Numbered from the stretch's first letter, positions 1-9,601 are shown. The stretch: DNA of 64,000 nucleotides from an uncultured Verrucomicrobiae bacterium (GCA_963706955.1 CAVPOC010000003.1:544001-608000); one strand, 5' to 3'. Numbers and translations are program-made. The notes: generated from the sequence alone by a model not told the origin.

Positions 1-48
1 AAACGTCCCTGATCTGTGCTCTTGGGGCATGTCTCTTCTGACGCGGGA

Positions 49-513
49 TCAGAGCGCGTCGGTATCCTCAGTGGTCACGTCGCGAGCTGGTGAGGAGGAA
101 AGGGCCTGCTCGAGAGCCCTCCAGGCGAGCATGGCACACTTGACCCGTTGAGGAAACCGCCGCACTGCGCTAAAGACGAGTAGATCGCCGAAGTCGGCGG
201 GTGGGTCCCCCGGATCGGGCGCCGTCAGCATTTGCCGGAAGGCTTGGATGGTAGCTTGGCCTTCGAGACGAGACTTGCCGCGCATTTTGATCGTCATCAA
301 TGAGGCTGAGGCCATGCAAATGGCGCAGCCATGACCGGTGAACTTGAGCGCCTCGATCGCCTCCGGCGTAAGTTTGGCCGATAGCTCGACCTCGTCTCCG
401 CACGATGGATTATCTCCCCTCACCGACACCGTCGCGTCGGGGAGCGCGCCAAAATTACGAGGCCGCTTGCTGTGATCCAGGATTATTTCCTGATAAAGCT
501 CTTCGATATTCAC
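49..513 (-). CDS. sufU: SUF system Fe-S scaffold/sulfur-transfer protein (SufU/IscU-like)
   Basis: LYQEIILDH, NPSCGD, GCAIC.AS and RVKCA motifs; overlaps the sufS stop. Confidence 0.93.
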   Translation of the reverse strand: MNIEELYQEIILDHSKRPRNFGALPDATVSVRGDNPSCGDEVELSAKLTPEAIEALKFTGHGCAICMASASLMTIKMRGKSRLEGQATIQAFRQMLTAPDPGDPPADFGDLLVFSAVRRFPQRVKCAMLAWRALEQALSSSPARDVTTEDTDAL

Positions 514-1739
514 GCGAAGAACGCATGGATCTTTCGGAGAATTTCCGCCATGCGGATGACCTCCTCCGGAGTATTGTAAAAGTAGAAGCTTGCCCGCGCT
601 GTCGCGGGCACGCCCAGCTTCCGCAGAAGCGGCTGAGTGCAGTGATGACCGCCTCGTAAGGCAAGACCATATTGATCTGCCATGCTGACGACATCGTGCG
701 CATGAACGGAGCCGAGCACAAAGCTCACCACTCCGGCACGCGTATCGCGCGGCCCGAAAATCCTCGCGCCCGGAATCTCCTCGATCAGCCTACAAGCGTG
801 CAAGGCAAGCTCTTGGTCGTGCTCGAAGATCCGCTGACGCCCGACCTGATCCAGATAGCCCGCGGCGCAGCCGAGACCGATTGCCTGAGCGATGGCGGGC
901 GTGCCTGCTTCGAAGCGATGGGGCGGAGGTTTGAATTCGCTTTGCGTCAACGCGACACTGGAGATCATTTCGCCGCCACCGTGGAAAGGTTCCATCGATT
1001 CGAGAAGCTCCTTGCGCCCATAAAGAACTCCTGCGCCCGTTGGGCCGCACATTTTGTGGCCTGAAAGTGCCAAGAAATCACAGCCGATCTCGCGCACGTC
1101 CAGCGGTTTGTGTCCCGCGCTTTGCGCGGCGTCGACGAGCGAGACCGCTCCTATAGTCCTGGCCCGAGAACAAAGGTCTGCGATGGGATTAATCGTCCCG
1201 AGAGTGTTTGAGATGTGGGCGAAGGCGAAAATTTTCACCGGCCCTTCTAGCAGGGTGTCGAGCTTTTCGAGATCAAGTTGACCCTCGGGGGTGATTGGGA
1301 CGAAGCGCAGGATCGCTCCCTGGCGACGCGCGAGAAGCTGCCATGGCACGAGGTTGCTATGGTGTTCCATCTCGGTGAGGAGGATAACATCGCCCTGGCC
1401 AATGTTGGCATCACCCCAGGCGCGAGCCACCAGATTGATGCTTTCGGTGGTCCCTCGGGTAAAGATGATCGTCTCCGGTGGCGCTCCGAGGTAGCTGGCC
1501 AGCCGTTGGCGCGCCCCTTCGAAGGCGGCTGTCGCCCGATTGCTCAGTTCATGCAATCCTCGATGAACATTGCTGTTATCGTGCTCATAGAAGCGTGACA
1601 ACGTGTTGATGACGACCTTCGGCTTTTGGGAGGTCGCCGCATTGTCGAAGTAAATCAAGGGATGCCCATGGATCTGCTGAGTCAGGGTCGGAAAGTCCTG
1701 CCGGATTACTTCCCAAGGTCTTGTCTCGCCAGCCTCCAT
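510..1739 (-). CDS. sufS: Cysteine desulfurase, SufS type
   Basis: YFDNAATSQKP, SGHKMCGPTG (PLP Lys) and RGGHHCTQP (catalytic Cys). Confidence 0.96.
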   Translation of the reverse strand: MEAGETRPWEVIRQDFPTLTQQIHGHPLIYFDNAATSQKPKVVINTLSRFYEHDNSNVHRGLHELSNRATAAFEGARQRLASYLGAPPETIIFTRGTTESINLVARAWGDANIGQGDVILLTEMEHHSNLVPWQLLARRQGAILRFVPITPEGQLDLEKLDTLLEGPVKIFAFAHISNTLGTINPIADLCSRARTIGAVSLVDAAQSAGHKPLDVREIGCDFLALSGHKMCGPTGAGVLYGRKELLESMEPFHGGGEMISSVALTQSEFKPPPHRFEAGTPAIAQAIGLGCAAGYLDQVGRQRIFEHDQELALHACRLIEEIPGARIFGPRDTRAGVVSFVLGSVHAHDVVSMADQYGLALRGGHHCTQPLLRKLGVPATARASFYFYNTPEEVIRMAEILRKIHAFFA

Positions 1740-1829
1740 AGCATTTACTTAAGCGACTTCAGCCATTGGCACAAGATGAGCCCCTCGAAAGGGCTTTCCA
1801 CAAGCCGCGAGCGCAGCTATTTCGCTTCC

Positions 1830-2171
1830 ATGCAGATTGAAAAGTCCAGTGAAAACGACGTCACTACCCTCAAGGTGTCGGGGGAGGTAGATCTGCATGC
1901 TTCTCCCGAGCTTCGCTCTGAATTGCAGAGCTGCGTGAGCGAAAAGACCCCGGTGTTGCTGGTAGATTTCAGCGCCGTAGAGTACATCGACTCCTCGGGT
2001 CTGGCCACCTTCATCGAATACCTCCGCGATGCTGCCGCCTACGACGGCAAGATCGCTCTTTTCGGAATGAAGCAAAAGGTGCGGACGATTTTTGACCTCG
2101 TCCGCCTCAACGAGCTCTTTACGATCGCCGATTCGGCCGATACAGCTGTGGCCGCGCTCGCTTCCAAATAG
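1830..2171 (+). CDS. STAS-domain protein (anti-sigma antagonist or MlaB-like)
   Basis: GEVDL and YIDSSGL STAS motifs; ATG at 1830 chosen because the ORF-track extension overlaps sufS. Confidence 0.88.
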   Translation: MQIEKSSENDVTTLKVSGEVDLHASPELRSELQSCVSEKTPVLLVDFSAVEYIDSSGLATFIEYLRDAAAYDGKIALFGMKQKVRTIFDLVRLNELFTIADSADTAVAALASK

Positions 2172-2177
2172 GCCGCC

Positions 2178-2936
2178 GTGAGCGGGCTGCGAAATTATTT
2201 CGCGCTGAACGCGCAAATTCTTTATTGGATTTTTCTTGCGCCAGTCCTGGGCAAACCGCGTTTCAAGTTTTCCCAGGTTTTCCAGCAGATGGTTCGCATT
2301 GGGGTGCAGGCTCTGCCCATGGCGTCACTGACGGCCTTCAGCATCGGTCTGACGCTGGCTATGCAAGGCGCCTATCAACTCGCGAAGTTCGGCGCCAGCT
2401 CCTACGTGCCCGACCTGGTTTCACTCACCTTGCTGCGGGAGCTCGGCCCGCTCCTCGTCGGGGTGGTGGTGATCGGCCGCAGCGGGTCCGCCATCACTGC
2501 TGAACTCGGAACCATGAAGGTTTCCGAGGAAATCGAGGCCCTCCAAGTAATGGCGATCAACCCAATCCGATTTCTGGTCGTCCCTCGATTTCTGGCGATG
2601 CTGGTGATGCTACCGGTGCTGACAATCTTCGGCAACTACATAGGTTTCGTCGGCGGCTGGAGCATTTGTCACTTTGCCTTGGATATGAATACGAACGCTT
2701 TCATTCTTCGGTTGGTGGGAAGTGCGCATCCAATTGACCTCTATGCCGGCATCATCAAGAGCTTCGTTTTTGCCTGGTTGATTGCTACGATTGCTTGCCA
2801 GGCCGGCCTCGAAGTTACCGGCGGAGCCGAGGGAGTCGGTCAATCAACGACCAGCTCAGTGGTCGTGTCGATCATCGCGATGCTCGTGGCCAATGCCGTC
2901 CTGACCGCGGTCTTTTTCTTTGCCGCACCAGATTAA
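2178..2936 (+). CDS. mlaE: MlaE-family ABC transporter permease
   Basis: LRELGP, GRSGSAITAELGTMKVSEEIEAL and GGAEGVG..TT motifs. Confidence 0.92.
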   Translation: MSGLRNYFALNAQILYWIFLAPVLGKPRFKFSQVFQQMVRIGVQALPMASLTAFSIGLTLAMQGAYQLAKFGASSYVPDLVSLTLLRELGPLLVGVVVIGRSGSAITAELGTMKVSEEIEALQVMAINPIRFLVVPRFLAMLVMLPVLTIFGNYIGFVGGWSICHFALDMNTNAFILRLVGSAHPIDLYAGIIKSFVFAWLIATIACQAGLEVTGGAEGVGQSTTSSVVVSIIAMLVANAVLTAVFFFAAPD

Positions 2937-3059
2937 AGGACTCTTAAACAAAATTTCCCGGACGATCACGGAAACGCGGATTCATGAAGAGGACAGCCCA
3001 CTCAACGAAAAATAACGTTAGTGGCGTTATTATACATTCTCCTGCGAAGCGTCGCCTAG

Positions 3060-3417
3060 GAGACTGTTGAAGAACTCACGCATGTCACGCGCGAGCTCTT
3101 TGGGGTAGATATCGGTGAAGCGACGAAGGAGCATCCCCTCAAGGGGCTGTAACTGAGGAGTGACGCCCGTGAGGGGAAGGGGGCCCCTCACCCTTCCAAG
3201 GTGCCCCAAAGAGTTCGCGCCCAGAAAGGGGTGGGACCCTTTCTTCCCACCAGGGTTGCGCTAATTTTTGGCCCTCGCGGTGTCGCCAAGCTTGTCCGTA
3301 GCACTGCGGCTTGCGGGGAGATGGGGTCCCCGCAACCCCATCAAGCCTGCGCTTGGCTCCTTGCGATCTTCCGAAAATTGGCAGCAACGTGACATGCGTG
3401 AGTTTTTCAACAGTCTC
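3060..3417. mobile_element. MITE-like non-autonomous element, 358 bp, flanked by CTAG
   Basis: 3055-3089 and 3388-3422 form a 35-bp inverted repeat with 1 mismatch (CCTAGGAGACTGTTGAA(G/A)AACTCACGCATGTCACG); CTAG at 3056-3059 and 3418-3421; no transposase inside. Confidence 0.8.
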
Positions 3418-3498
3418 CTAGGGCGGCTATGGACCACCGGACGCGATTTTGGCGATGCAGCGCACAGCTGGAAATGGCGTCACGAGCGAGTTGTTGAG

Positions 3499-3708
3499 AT
3501 GCGCTTGCAATCCCACGCGACCCCGATCGGAAGCCAGAAGTATAACGCGCACCCCTCAAACCTTCCGGCCATGGTTCAGGAAACGATCAGGTCACCCGGG
3601 CAGCCATTAGACGCGCAAACTCGCGCCTTCATGCAATCCCGTTTCGGAAACGATTGCGGGCACCGCTGGCCCTTGCAAGTGTCCGACCCAGAGAATGGCA
3701 CTTCGTAA
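3499..3708 (+). pseudogene. Truncated DUF4157-like N-terminal fragment
   Basis: VQETIRSPGQPLDAQTRAFMQSRFG.D resembles the DUF4157 start (SPGQPLD..TR.FME.RFG.DF); similarity then stops. Confidence 0.6.
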
Positions 3709-3715
3709 CGATCTC

Positions 3716-4111
3716 CTACGACGCTGCTTTGTTTGCTGCCTCTGCTCCGCTCTTCACCGGCGCGCAATACCAAAGCTTGTTCCCTTCGCTATCGAGAAAA
3801 CTTCCCACGTAGAACTCGTCGTAGGCCTCGATCGGGTCCGAAATGATAACGCCACTCTCGCGCAACTGGCGTTCCATTTGTACCGCGTCGTCCGTCTCAA
3901 TAGTTATTCGCGGATTAGGATTCTGGGTGGGACAGGCATACCAATTCGACTTGAGCATGAGAGTAATATCCCCAAGATAATACCCAACCTGCTTGCCGCC
4001 CTCAGAGGCAGGTTTCAATCCCAGGACAGTCTCGTAGAACTTCGCGGCGCGCTCAGGATCAACAACCGGAAGTGCGATTACCTTGACACATTGGAGGCGG
4101 GCACTCTGCAT
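3716..4111 (-). CDS. VOC/glyoxalase-family protein
   Basis: V.DPERAAKFYETVLGL and FLDSEGN motifs. Confidence 0.88.
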   Translation of the reverse strand: MQSARLQCVKVIALPVVDPERAAKFYETVLGLKPASEGGKQVGYYLGDITLMLKSNWYACPTQNPNPRITIETDDAVQMERQLRESGVIISDPIEAYDEFYVGSFLDSEGNKLWYCAPVKSGAEAANKAAS

Positions 4112-4182
4112 TAGTCTGTAGCTAAATATTAGCCTCTCAAAAAGTCAACCTCAGCTAACTTCCGATCACCTAGCGATTTAGC

Positions 4183-4236
4183 TGTAGCGGCGGTGTCCTC
4201 AGCGCCGAGGCCGACCGTGAGGACACGGTCGCTACA
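4183..4236. repeat. GTAG-type REP doublet (family A)
   Basis: TGTAGCGGCGGTGTCCTCAGCGCCG...CGACCGTGAGGACACGGTCGCTACA; inverted pair of short palindromes. Confidence 0.8.
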
Positions 4237-4275
4237 GTGACTGATCGAGAATGAGGCGACACGCGAGGGAGCAAC

Positions 4276-5100
4276 CTAATTCTCCTCGAGTTCCGCACAC
4301 GCTTTGGCGGCGGTGATAATAAGCGCCGGCATCAAAAACGTGAGGGTGCCATCATTTCCCACGAACGGTTGCAGCTCCCGCTCCGATTCCGCGGTCAGGG
4401 TTTCGAATTGGCCATCATCGAGCAAGCCCCCCAGCGTCCAGACACACGCCCTCTCGGTGGAGACGAGTGATTGAATCGACGCGAAGTGAACGACCCCATC
4501 GTGTCGGGTTACTTTGGCGTCGAATATTCCTGCTCCCGCGCACACTGAGAGCAGTTTTTCAGCATCACCGAGCAGAAAAGGCGCACAGAACGCATCGGCC
4601 ACGCGCATCCCGAACAGTCGTCTCAATAACTTCTCGAAGGCCGCATAGCCGGGTGAATGTTCAAGGGCGTCGCATACCGCGACGGCGACGTGTCCACCGG
4701 GCCGTGTTACCCGCATCATCTCTCGCAGCGCGCCGCTCGGATTTTCGAAAAACATCATCCCAAACTGGCTGACCACGGCGTCGAAACTTTCATCAGGAAA
4801 GGGAATTGCCTCGGCTCGACCGGCGCGCCATTCAATCGCGGCAGCCTTGTCGCGCGCCACAGTGAGCATCTCTTCATTCGGATCGAGACCGATCACAGCC
4901 CCACCGGCCCCGACCCGGTCGGCAGCCGCGCAGGCCAGCACGCCAGTGCCACAAGCCACATCAAGAACACATTGATCTGGCGCGACGCTGGCAGCATCAA
5001 TGACTATACCGGCCCAGGGTTGGAAGAGAGCCGGGACGAAAAACTCGTCGTAGATCTGCGCAGGAGAACGCGCTGCGAGATCTGTTTTACTTTCGCTCAT
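4276..5100 (-). CDS. Class I SAM-dependent methyltransferase (UbiE-like)
   Basis: VLDVACGTG and FDAVVSQFGMMFF motifs; ATG start at 5100. Confidence 0.9.
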   Translation of the reverse strand: MSESKTDLAARSPAQIYDEFFVPALFQPWAGIVIDAASVAPDQCVLDVACGTGVLACAAADRVGAGGAVIGLDPNEEMLTVARDKAAAIEWRAGRAEAIPFPDESFDAVVSQFGMMFFENPSGALREMMRVTRPGGHVAVAVCDALEHSPGYAAFEKLLRRLFGMRVADAFCAPFLLGDAEKLLSVCAGAGIFDAKVTRHDGVVHFASIQSLVSTERACVWTLGGLLDDGQFETLTAESERELQPFVGNDGTLTFLMPALIITAAKACAELEEN

Positions 5101-5378
5101 GAGTGTCAACCGCGTGATCTATGACTGCTCGGCGCGTTTGGCTTCGAAGAGCTCGCCAACCTCACTATTTCACCACCTAACTTAAAAAGCAGGCAATCCC
5201 CACCCGAGTCGTCCGCTGCCGAAGACTTCCCGGAGCATGCCGAACGCCGTTGGCCCTTCAATCGAATAGGCGGGTGAACAATTGCGGAACACAAACGCCG
5301 TCTAGTTATCTCAAATACTACACGATCTGCGACAAGCTGCCGCAAATAATCTTCTGCTTCTCGCCGGGAAGCTGGATG

Positions 5379-6320
5379 CTAGGGCGCTTTTGTTCCGACC
5401 ACCTCGTAGAGCTGAAATATACCGGTTTTGCCGCGGACTTCCCAGGGCGGACATTGGTTAACTTCGACTTCGTGGCCGACCTGCTCGTAAGCGTCTTCCG
5501 AGATCAAGAAGTTGGTTCCGGCGTTCTTGTTAGCGGATTCAACTCGGCTAGCGAAGTTCACGGCGTCCCCAACAATGGTTCGACGCTTATAATTTCCCCA
5601 GCCGATGGTACCAACGACAACGGCGCCGTAATGCAATCCGATTCCGATGTCGAAACTTCTTCCGTGAATCGCTTCGAAGTAGGGCTTCATGGATTCGACG
5701 GCCTCCAGCATATCAAGACCGGTCTGAAGAGCGCGGGACACCATCCGGTCAGATCCCTCGATTCCGAATACCGAAAGAATTCCATCGCCCATGTAGTTGT
5801 CGATCACGCCGCCGTGTCGATGAACGATCTGGCCCATCCGGTGATAATAGCGGTTGAGCGCATGAATGACATCGTAGGGGAGCAACCTCTCGGCAAAAGC
5901 GGTGAATCCACGGATGTCGATAAACAGGATGGCCACGTGTTTTTCCTCGCCGGCGGCCTCGACGAACTGGTCACCCATGCTCTTGACCGCGAGTTCTTCG
6001 TCCTCGTCGTCCAGCACAAGTCTGCGGACGGTCACGGAACCGGTCACGCGCGTCTGGCAGGCCAGTCGAATCATCGGTTTGAATTGAAGATGGGTGGCAA
6101 TTTCCTCTTCCGCTTGCGTTCGCGGGCTGCAATTTTCCAGCCCTTCGAGCACCGCCGTTCGGCAGGTGGAACATCGTGCATTGCTGCCACAGGCATGTGT
6201 AAACTTGATCCCGGCACTCAATGCCGCTTGAAGAACCGTCTGTCCGGACGACGCCTCGACCAGCCGGGCATCCGGCAGAAAAGATATGCGGACGATCGTC
6301 TCTGGTTTCTTCGAGCTCAC
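5379..6320 (-). CDS. 2Fe-2S ferredoxin-class III nucleotide cyclase fusion
   Basis: N-terminal C-x5-C-x2-C...RLACQ; cyclase motifs FIDIRGFT, YMGDG, GIGLHYG and GDAVNFASRVE. Confidence 0.92.
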   Translation of the reverse strand: MSSKKPETIVRISFLPDARLVEASSGQTVLQAALSAGIKFTHACGSNARCSTCRTAVLEGLENCSPRTQAEEEIATHLQFKPMIRLACQTRVTGSVTVRRLVLDDEDEELAVKSMGDQFVEAAGEEKHVAILFIDIRGFTAFAERLLPYDVIHALNRYYHRMGQIVHRHGGVIDNYMGDGILSVFGIEGSDRMVSRALQTGLDMLEAVESMKPYFEAIHGRSFDIGIGLHYGAVVVGTIGWGNYKRRTIVGDAVNFASRVESANKNAGTNFLISEDAYEQVGHEVEVNQCPPWEVRGKTGIFQLYEVVGTKAP

Positions 6321-6484
6321 GTGTGCATTAAGATTGCCAGGAAGCCGGGATTTTCACCGCGGCGGCCCGAGGTGTGTATTCAGGTCCGAATGCCGCTCGG
6401 TGGATGCGGCGAGCGAAGCTATGGAACCGGCTGCTCGGAGGAGCGCTGCATGAGACAGCCAAAGAGGACACATAGAAAGTCCGG

Positions 6485-7309
6485 CTAGCTCGGGAACTTG
6501 AATTCGACGAACTCGCGCTGCACTTCTCCGGACGCCATCGCGTGGCACACAAGCCAGCCCTTCTCCTTCGTGCCGTCATGATTGTTACGCACTCGCGCGC
6601 AGCATCGGCCAGTTGTTAACGAAGTGCTTCCCCGCCATCGCTCGGTATAGCCATGAAAATGTCCGCAAATCGCCGCGCAGAGGTTAAATTCAAGAAAGGG
6701 CGTCAAGACGTCGTCAGCGTTGAGAGGCCGCATCGGGACATCAGCTCCCAGTGGAAAATGGGTGAAAATGATTGTCGGCTTGCCCGCGTCAAGTCGCGAC
6801 AGATTCTCCCGCAGCCAGGCAAAGGTTTCCGACGAGACCTTGGTATCCCGCCAGGCATCCCCGGCGGTCGTATCGATGCCGACCAACTGCCAACCGCGGT
6901 GTTCGACAATGTAGTTGATTTGGTTTTTGAACACTTCCTCATACGAGCGGCGGTCGGAGTGCGTCAGATAATCATGATTGCCGATGGTCGCATGCAGGGG
7001 AAGACCAAGCCCGGCGAAGGCGGTGCGCACCCCGTCATGCTGGCCAGACTCACCCTTGTCGGCGAGGTCTCCGCACAGCAAGCAGAATTCGGCGTTCGGA
7101 GCGCTCTGCTTCATTGCGAGAACGGCCTTCTCGAACCAAGGACCGCATTCTTTTTCCTCCGCGAAGTGCAGGTCGTTCACCGCCAGAAAGGTAAACGTTC
7201 CAGCACTCTTCAAGTCGCCCGCCCTCAGTCGGCCGGGCCACAAACCAAGACTCAGCCATGTGCCGGCACTCAGGCGCATGAAGTCGCGTCGTTTGATTCC
7301 CCGACCCAT
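6485..7309 (-). CDS. Tat-exported calcineurin-like metallophosphoesterase
   Basis: KRRDFM twin-Arg signal; DLH, GD, GNHD, THFP and GHFH metal motifs; ATG at 7309. Confidence 0.88.
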   Translation of the reverse strand: MGRGIKRRDFMRLSAGTWLSLGLWPGRLRAGDLKSAGTFTFLAVNDLHFAEEKECGPWFEKAVLAMKQSAPNAEFCLLCGDLADKGESGQHDGVRTAFAGLGLPLHATIGNHDYLTHSDRRSYEEVFKNQINYIVEHRGWQLVGIDTTAGDAWRDTKVSSETFAWLRENLSRLDAGKPTIIFTHFPLGADVPMRPLNADDVLTPFLEFNLCAAICGHFHGYTERWRGSTSLTTGRCCARVRNNHDGTKEKGWLVCHAMASGEVQREFVEFKFPS

Positions 7310-7361
7310 TCCAGTACTTGAGCGACTTTTCAGTGCAAGGCAAGTGCTCAACAAAGCCGGC

Positions 7362-8072
7362 TCAAACGTAGAACTGCTCGGTGTAAGGCCGCACGTCAAG
7401 CTCGAGTGACCAAGCCGAGCGATCCTGCAGGGCCAGATGCCAGTAAGCATCTGCGATGCGATCGGGAGCGAGAAGTGGCTCGTCGGCCCGCGCTTTCTCC
7501 TGGTCCTGCGGCGTGCCGATCAGTCCATCGATAACGACATGCGCAACGTGCACGCCCTGCGACCACAACTCGCGTGCGAGGGATTGCACTAGTCCCCGGA
7601 CCGCGAATTTCGCACTGCTGAAGGCCAGCCAACCGCCGCCGCGCACGCTCGATGTCGCACCCGTGAAGAGCATGACCCCATCACCGGCCTGCAACATGTC
7701 GGAGGCGGTCTCCTGCGCGCAGACGAAACCGCCCAGCGCCGCCACGCGCCAACATTGCTCAAACTGCTCCGGAGTTGTCGCCAAGAGCCCCTGACCAAGA
7801 GCGCTGCTGGGATTATGGATGAGCACGCCGATCGACCCCAGGTTTTCGCGGACACGCTGCACTGCAGCACGTGCTTCCACCGGGCGACTAACATCCGCCA
7901 CGACACTGATCGCCCGCGGCCCCGATGCGGAAATTTCCTCGGCCAGCGGGTGAATAAAGTCTGGGCTTCGCGCGAGAAGCCCAACTTGAAAGCCCTCCCG
8001 TGCGAAACGTCGTGCCAGAGCGGCTCCCAATCCAGGACCCACGCCCGTGATCAAGGCAACCCGGTTCAGCAT
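7362..8072 (-). CDS. SDR oxidoreductase
   Basis: TGVGPGLG, FSSAKFAVRGL and VAHVVIDG motifs. Confidence 0.9.
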   Translation of the reverse strand: MLNRVALITGVGPGLGAALARRFAREGFQVGLLARSPDFIHPLAEEISASGPRAISVVADVSRPVEARAAVQRVRENLGSIGVLIHNPSSALGQGLLATTPEQFEQCWRVAALGGFVCAQETASDMLQAGDGVMLFTGATSSVRGGGWLAFSSAKFAVRGLVQSLARELWSQGVHVAHVVIDGLIGTPQDQEKARADEPLLAPDRIADAYWHLALQDRSAWSLELDVRPYTEQFYV

Positions 8073-8162
8073 GTTTCCGGAAATCTCATCGCAAAAGCAG
8101 GAATCTGCGAAGAAATTTCGATGGGTTTCGTCGATAGCTCCTTCTGGCGGCGAGGCGGCGAG

Positions 8163-8939
8163 CTAAGGGCGATGTTGAAAGAGCTCCATCAGCGCCTGCT
8201 TGAAGGGTTCATTCACCGGAAAGTGCCGCTCGAGAAACAGCAGGATCGCCTGAGCCGACTCGATGCTTCGGTCGTAGCCTTGCATGAACGCCGGCAGTTC
8301 TTGCGCGATTGCTGGTTGCCTCTGTTCGTAACGCCGCTCAGGCGCAAACATATCTCCCGCTGATGAGGCTGATGTGTTGATTCTTTCCGCCAGCTCGATC
8401 ACCCGATCAACCGCATAACCCTGAATCAGGCGCATCGCAGACAGCTTTTCGCCACGATGAAAGCGGCTTGCCCCGACGTAAAGATTCGTCAGTGCTTCGC
8501 CTAACGACCATTCCAAAGACGGATTCTCTGGAACGCTGTGGACTCGTTGCGGGAGCGCGAGCGTGTCGGGAACACCTTGCTTCCTCCAAATAATTCGCCC
8601 CGGGGCAAACGGAATCTGTGGCAATTCACGTTCTTCAAAGACAGCGAACTCACAGAAGACGCCATCCCGAAATAGCAGCTTGTGACCGTCCGGCGTGTTC
8701 CGGAAGGAATACGCGATCGGACAAATCGAGCCAAGCCAGTCGAGGTGTTCGATGAATTCCGCCTTATAACCTGATTCAACGATCGCGAAAAAATCCAGAT
8801 CGGAAAATTTGTCGAGCCGATCGACTTCGATGCCGACAGAGCCTAGTCCGATCAAGGCAACCGCCTTGTTGGAAAGCGCAAGCGAAGCGCCGATGTCGTT
8901 CAAGCGAGATAGCAAGAGGTCTTGCCTGCTAGGACTCAT
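8163..8939 (-). CDS. Pol-beta-type nucleotidyltransferase-like protein
   Basis: GLGS...DKFSDLDF (GS plus DxD) motif and helical C-terminus; the upstream ORF extension crosses a REP and is probably spurious. Confidence 0.65.
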   Translation of the reverse strand: MSPSRQDLLLSRLNDIGASLALSNKAVALIGLGSVGIEVDRLDKFSDLDFFAIVESGYKAEFIEHLDWLGSICPIAYSFRNTPDGHKLLFRDGVFCEFAVFEERELPQIPFAPGRIIWRKQGVPDTLALPQRVHSVPENPSLEWSLGEALTNLYVGASRFHRGEKLSAMRLIQGYAVDRVIELAERINTSASSAGDMFAPERRYEQRQPAIAQELPAFMQGYDRSIESAQAILLFLERHFPVNEPFKQALMELFQHRP

Positions 8940-9078
8940 GCATTCTGCTACCAACGGCGACCGAATGACACCCTCAACGCCGGCAGAGGTTTTAACCGGG
9001 TCCTCTTGGGTTCCACTCAAGCTCATTTCCGAGCAGCTTAGCATTTCTCGCAAGTGGGAAAAGCGCCAAGCGTTGAGT

Positions 9079-9189
9079 TGTAGCGCCGGTGTCCCCACCG
9101 GCGGCGATTGAACCGGCCCCCGGGAGAGGGCGTTCTCGAAGTGATGCGGCTCGAATGACAACCCCGGCGATGGGGACATCGCCGCTACA
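9079..9189. repeat. REP doublet (family A)
   Basis: TGTAGCGCCGGTGTCCCCACCGGCG ... GGCGATGGGGACATCGCCGCTACA. Confidence 0.8.
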
Positions 9190-9202
9190 TCAGCTACCTG
9201 TT

Positions 9203-9601
9203 CTAGAGATGCCGGATCTCGGCGGGCGGCGAATCGTAGTTGTCATTTGCGCCGTCGAAGTAAGTTATCGGCACATCGACGAGCTCATCAACGTCCACGC
9301 CATCCAGGCAGTTGACCCGAACTGCATAGAACTTACCGCCGAGGTCTGGATTTTCTCCCCACCCGAAGGAACGGACACCACAGTTCTTGCAGAACACATG
9401 GTGAATGTTGTCGGGCTGGTAATCCACGAGCTCTGCTTCACCTGCAGATAGGCGAAAAGAATTCGCTTGAACGATCGCTCCCCAGAGTCGCGTCATCGTA
9501 CACATCGGGCAATTGCATTTGAAGGTGCCGGCACTCAGGTCGAGATCTGCTTCGAAACGAACGGCGCCACAATGACAATGCCCAGTATACGTCTTTCTCA
9601 T
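9203..9601 (-). CDS. GFA/CENP-V family protein
   Basis: GHCHCGAVRF, CNCPMC and FCKNCG zinc motifs. Confidence 0.92.
   Translation of the reverse strand: MRKTYTGHCHCGAVRFEADLDLSAGTFKCNCPMCTMTRLWGAIVQANSFRLSAGEAELVDYQPDNIHHVFCKNCGVRSFGWGENPDLGGKFYAVRVNCLDGVDVDELVDVPITYFDGANDNYDSPPAEIRHL

Noticed and set aside
2960..3055. GxxExxY 5' remnant upstream of the MITE
   Set aside because: Only a vague resemblance (NNVSGVIIHS) and a poor repeat arm; not supportable.
5250..6488. 412-aa plus-strand ORF, and similar long antisense ORFs (11665-12528, 45167-46024, 62987-63985)
   Set aside because: They are shadows of well-supported genes on the opposite strand in GC-rich DNA, with no motifs.
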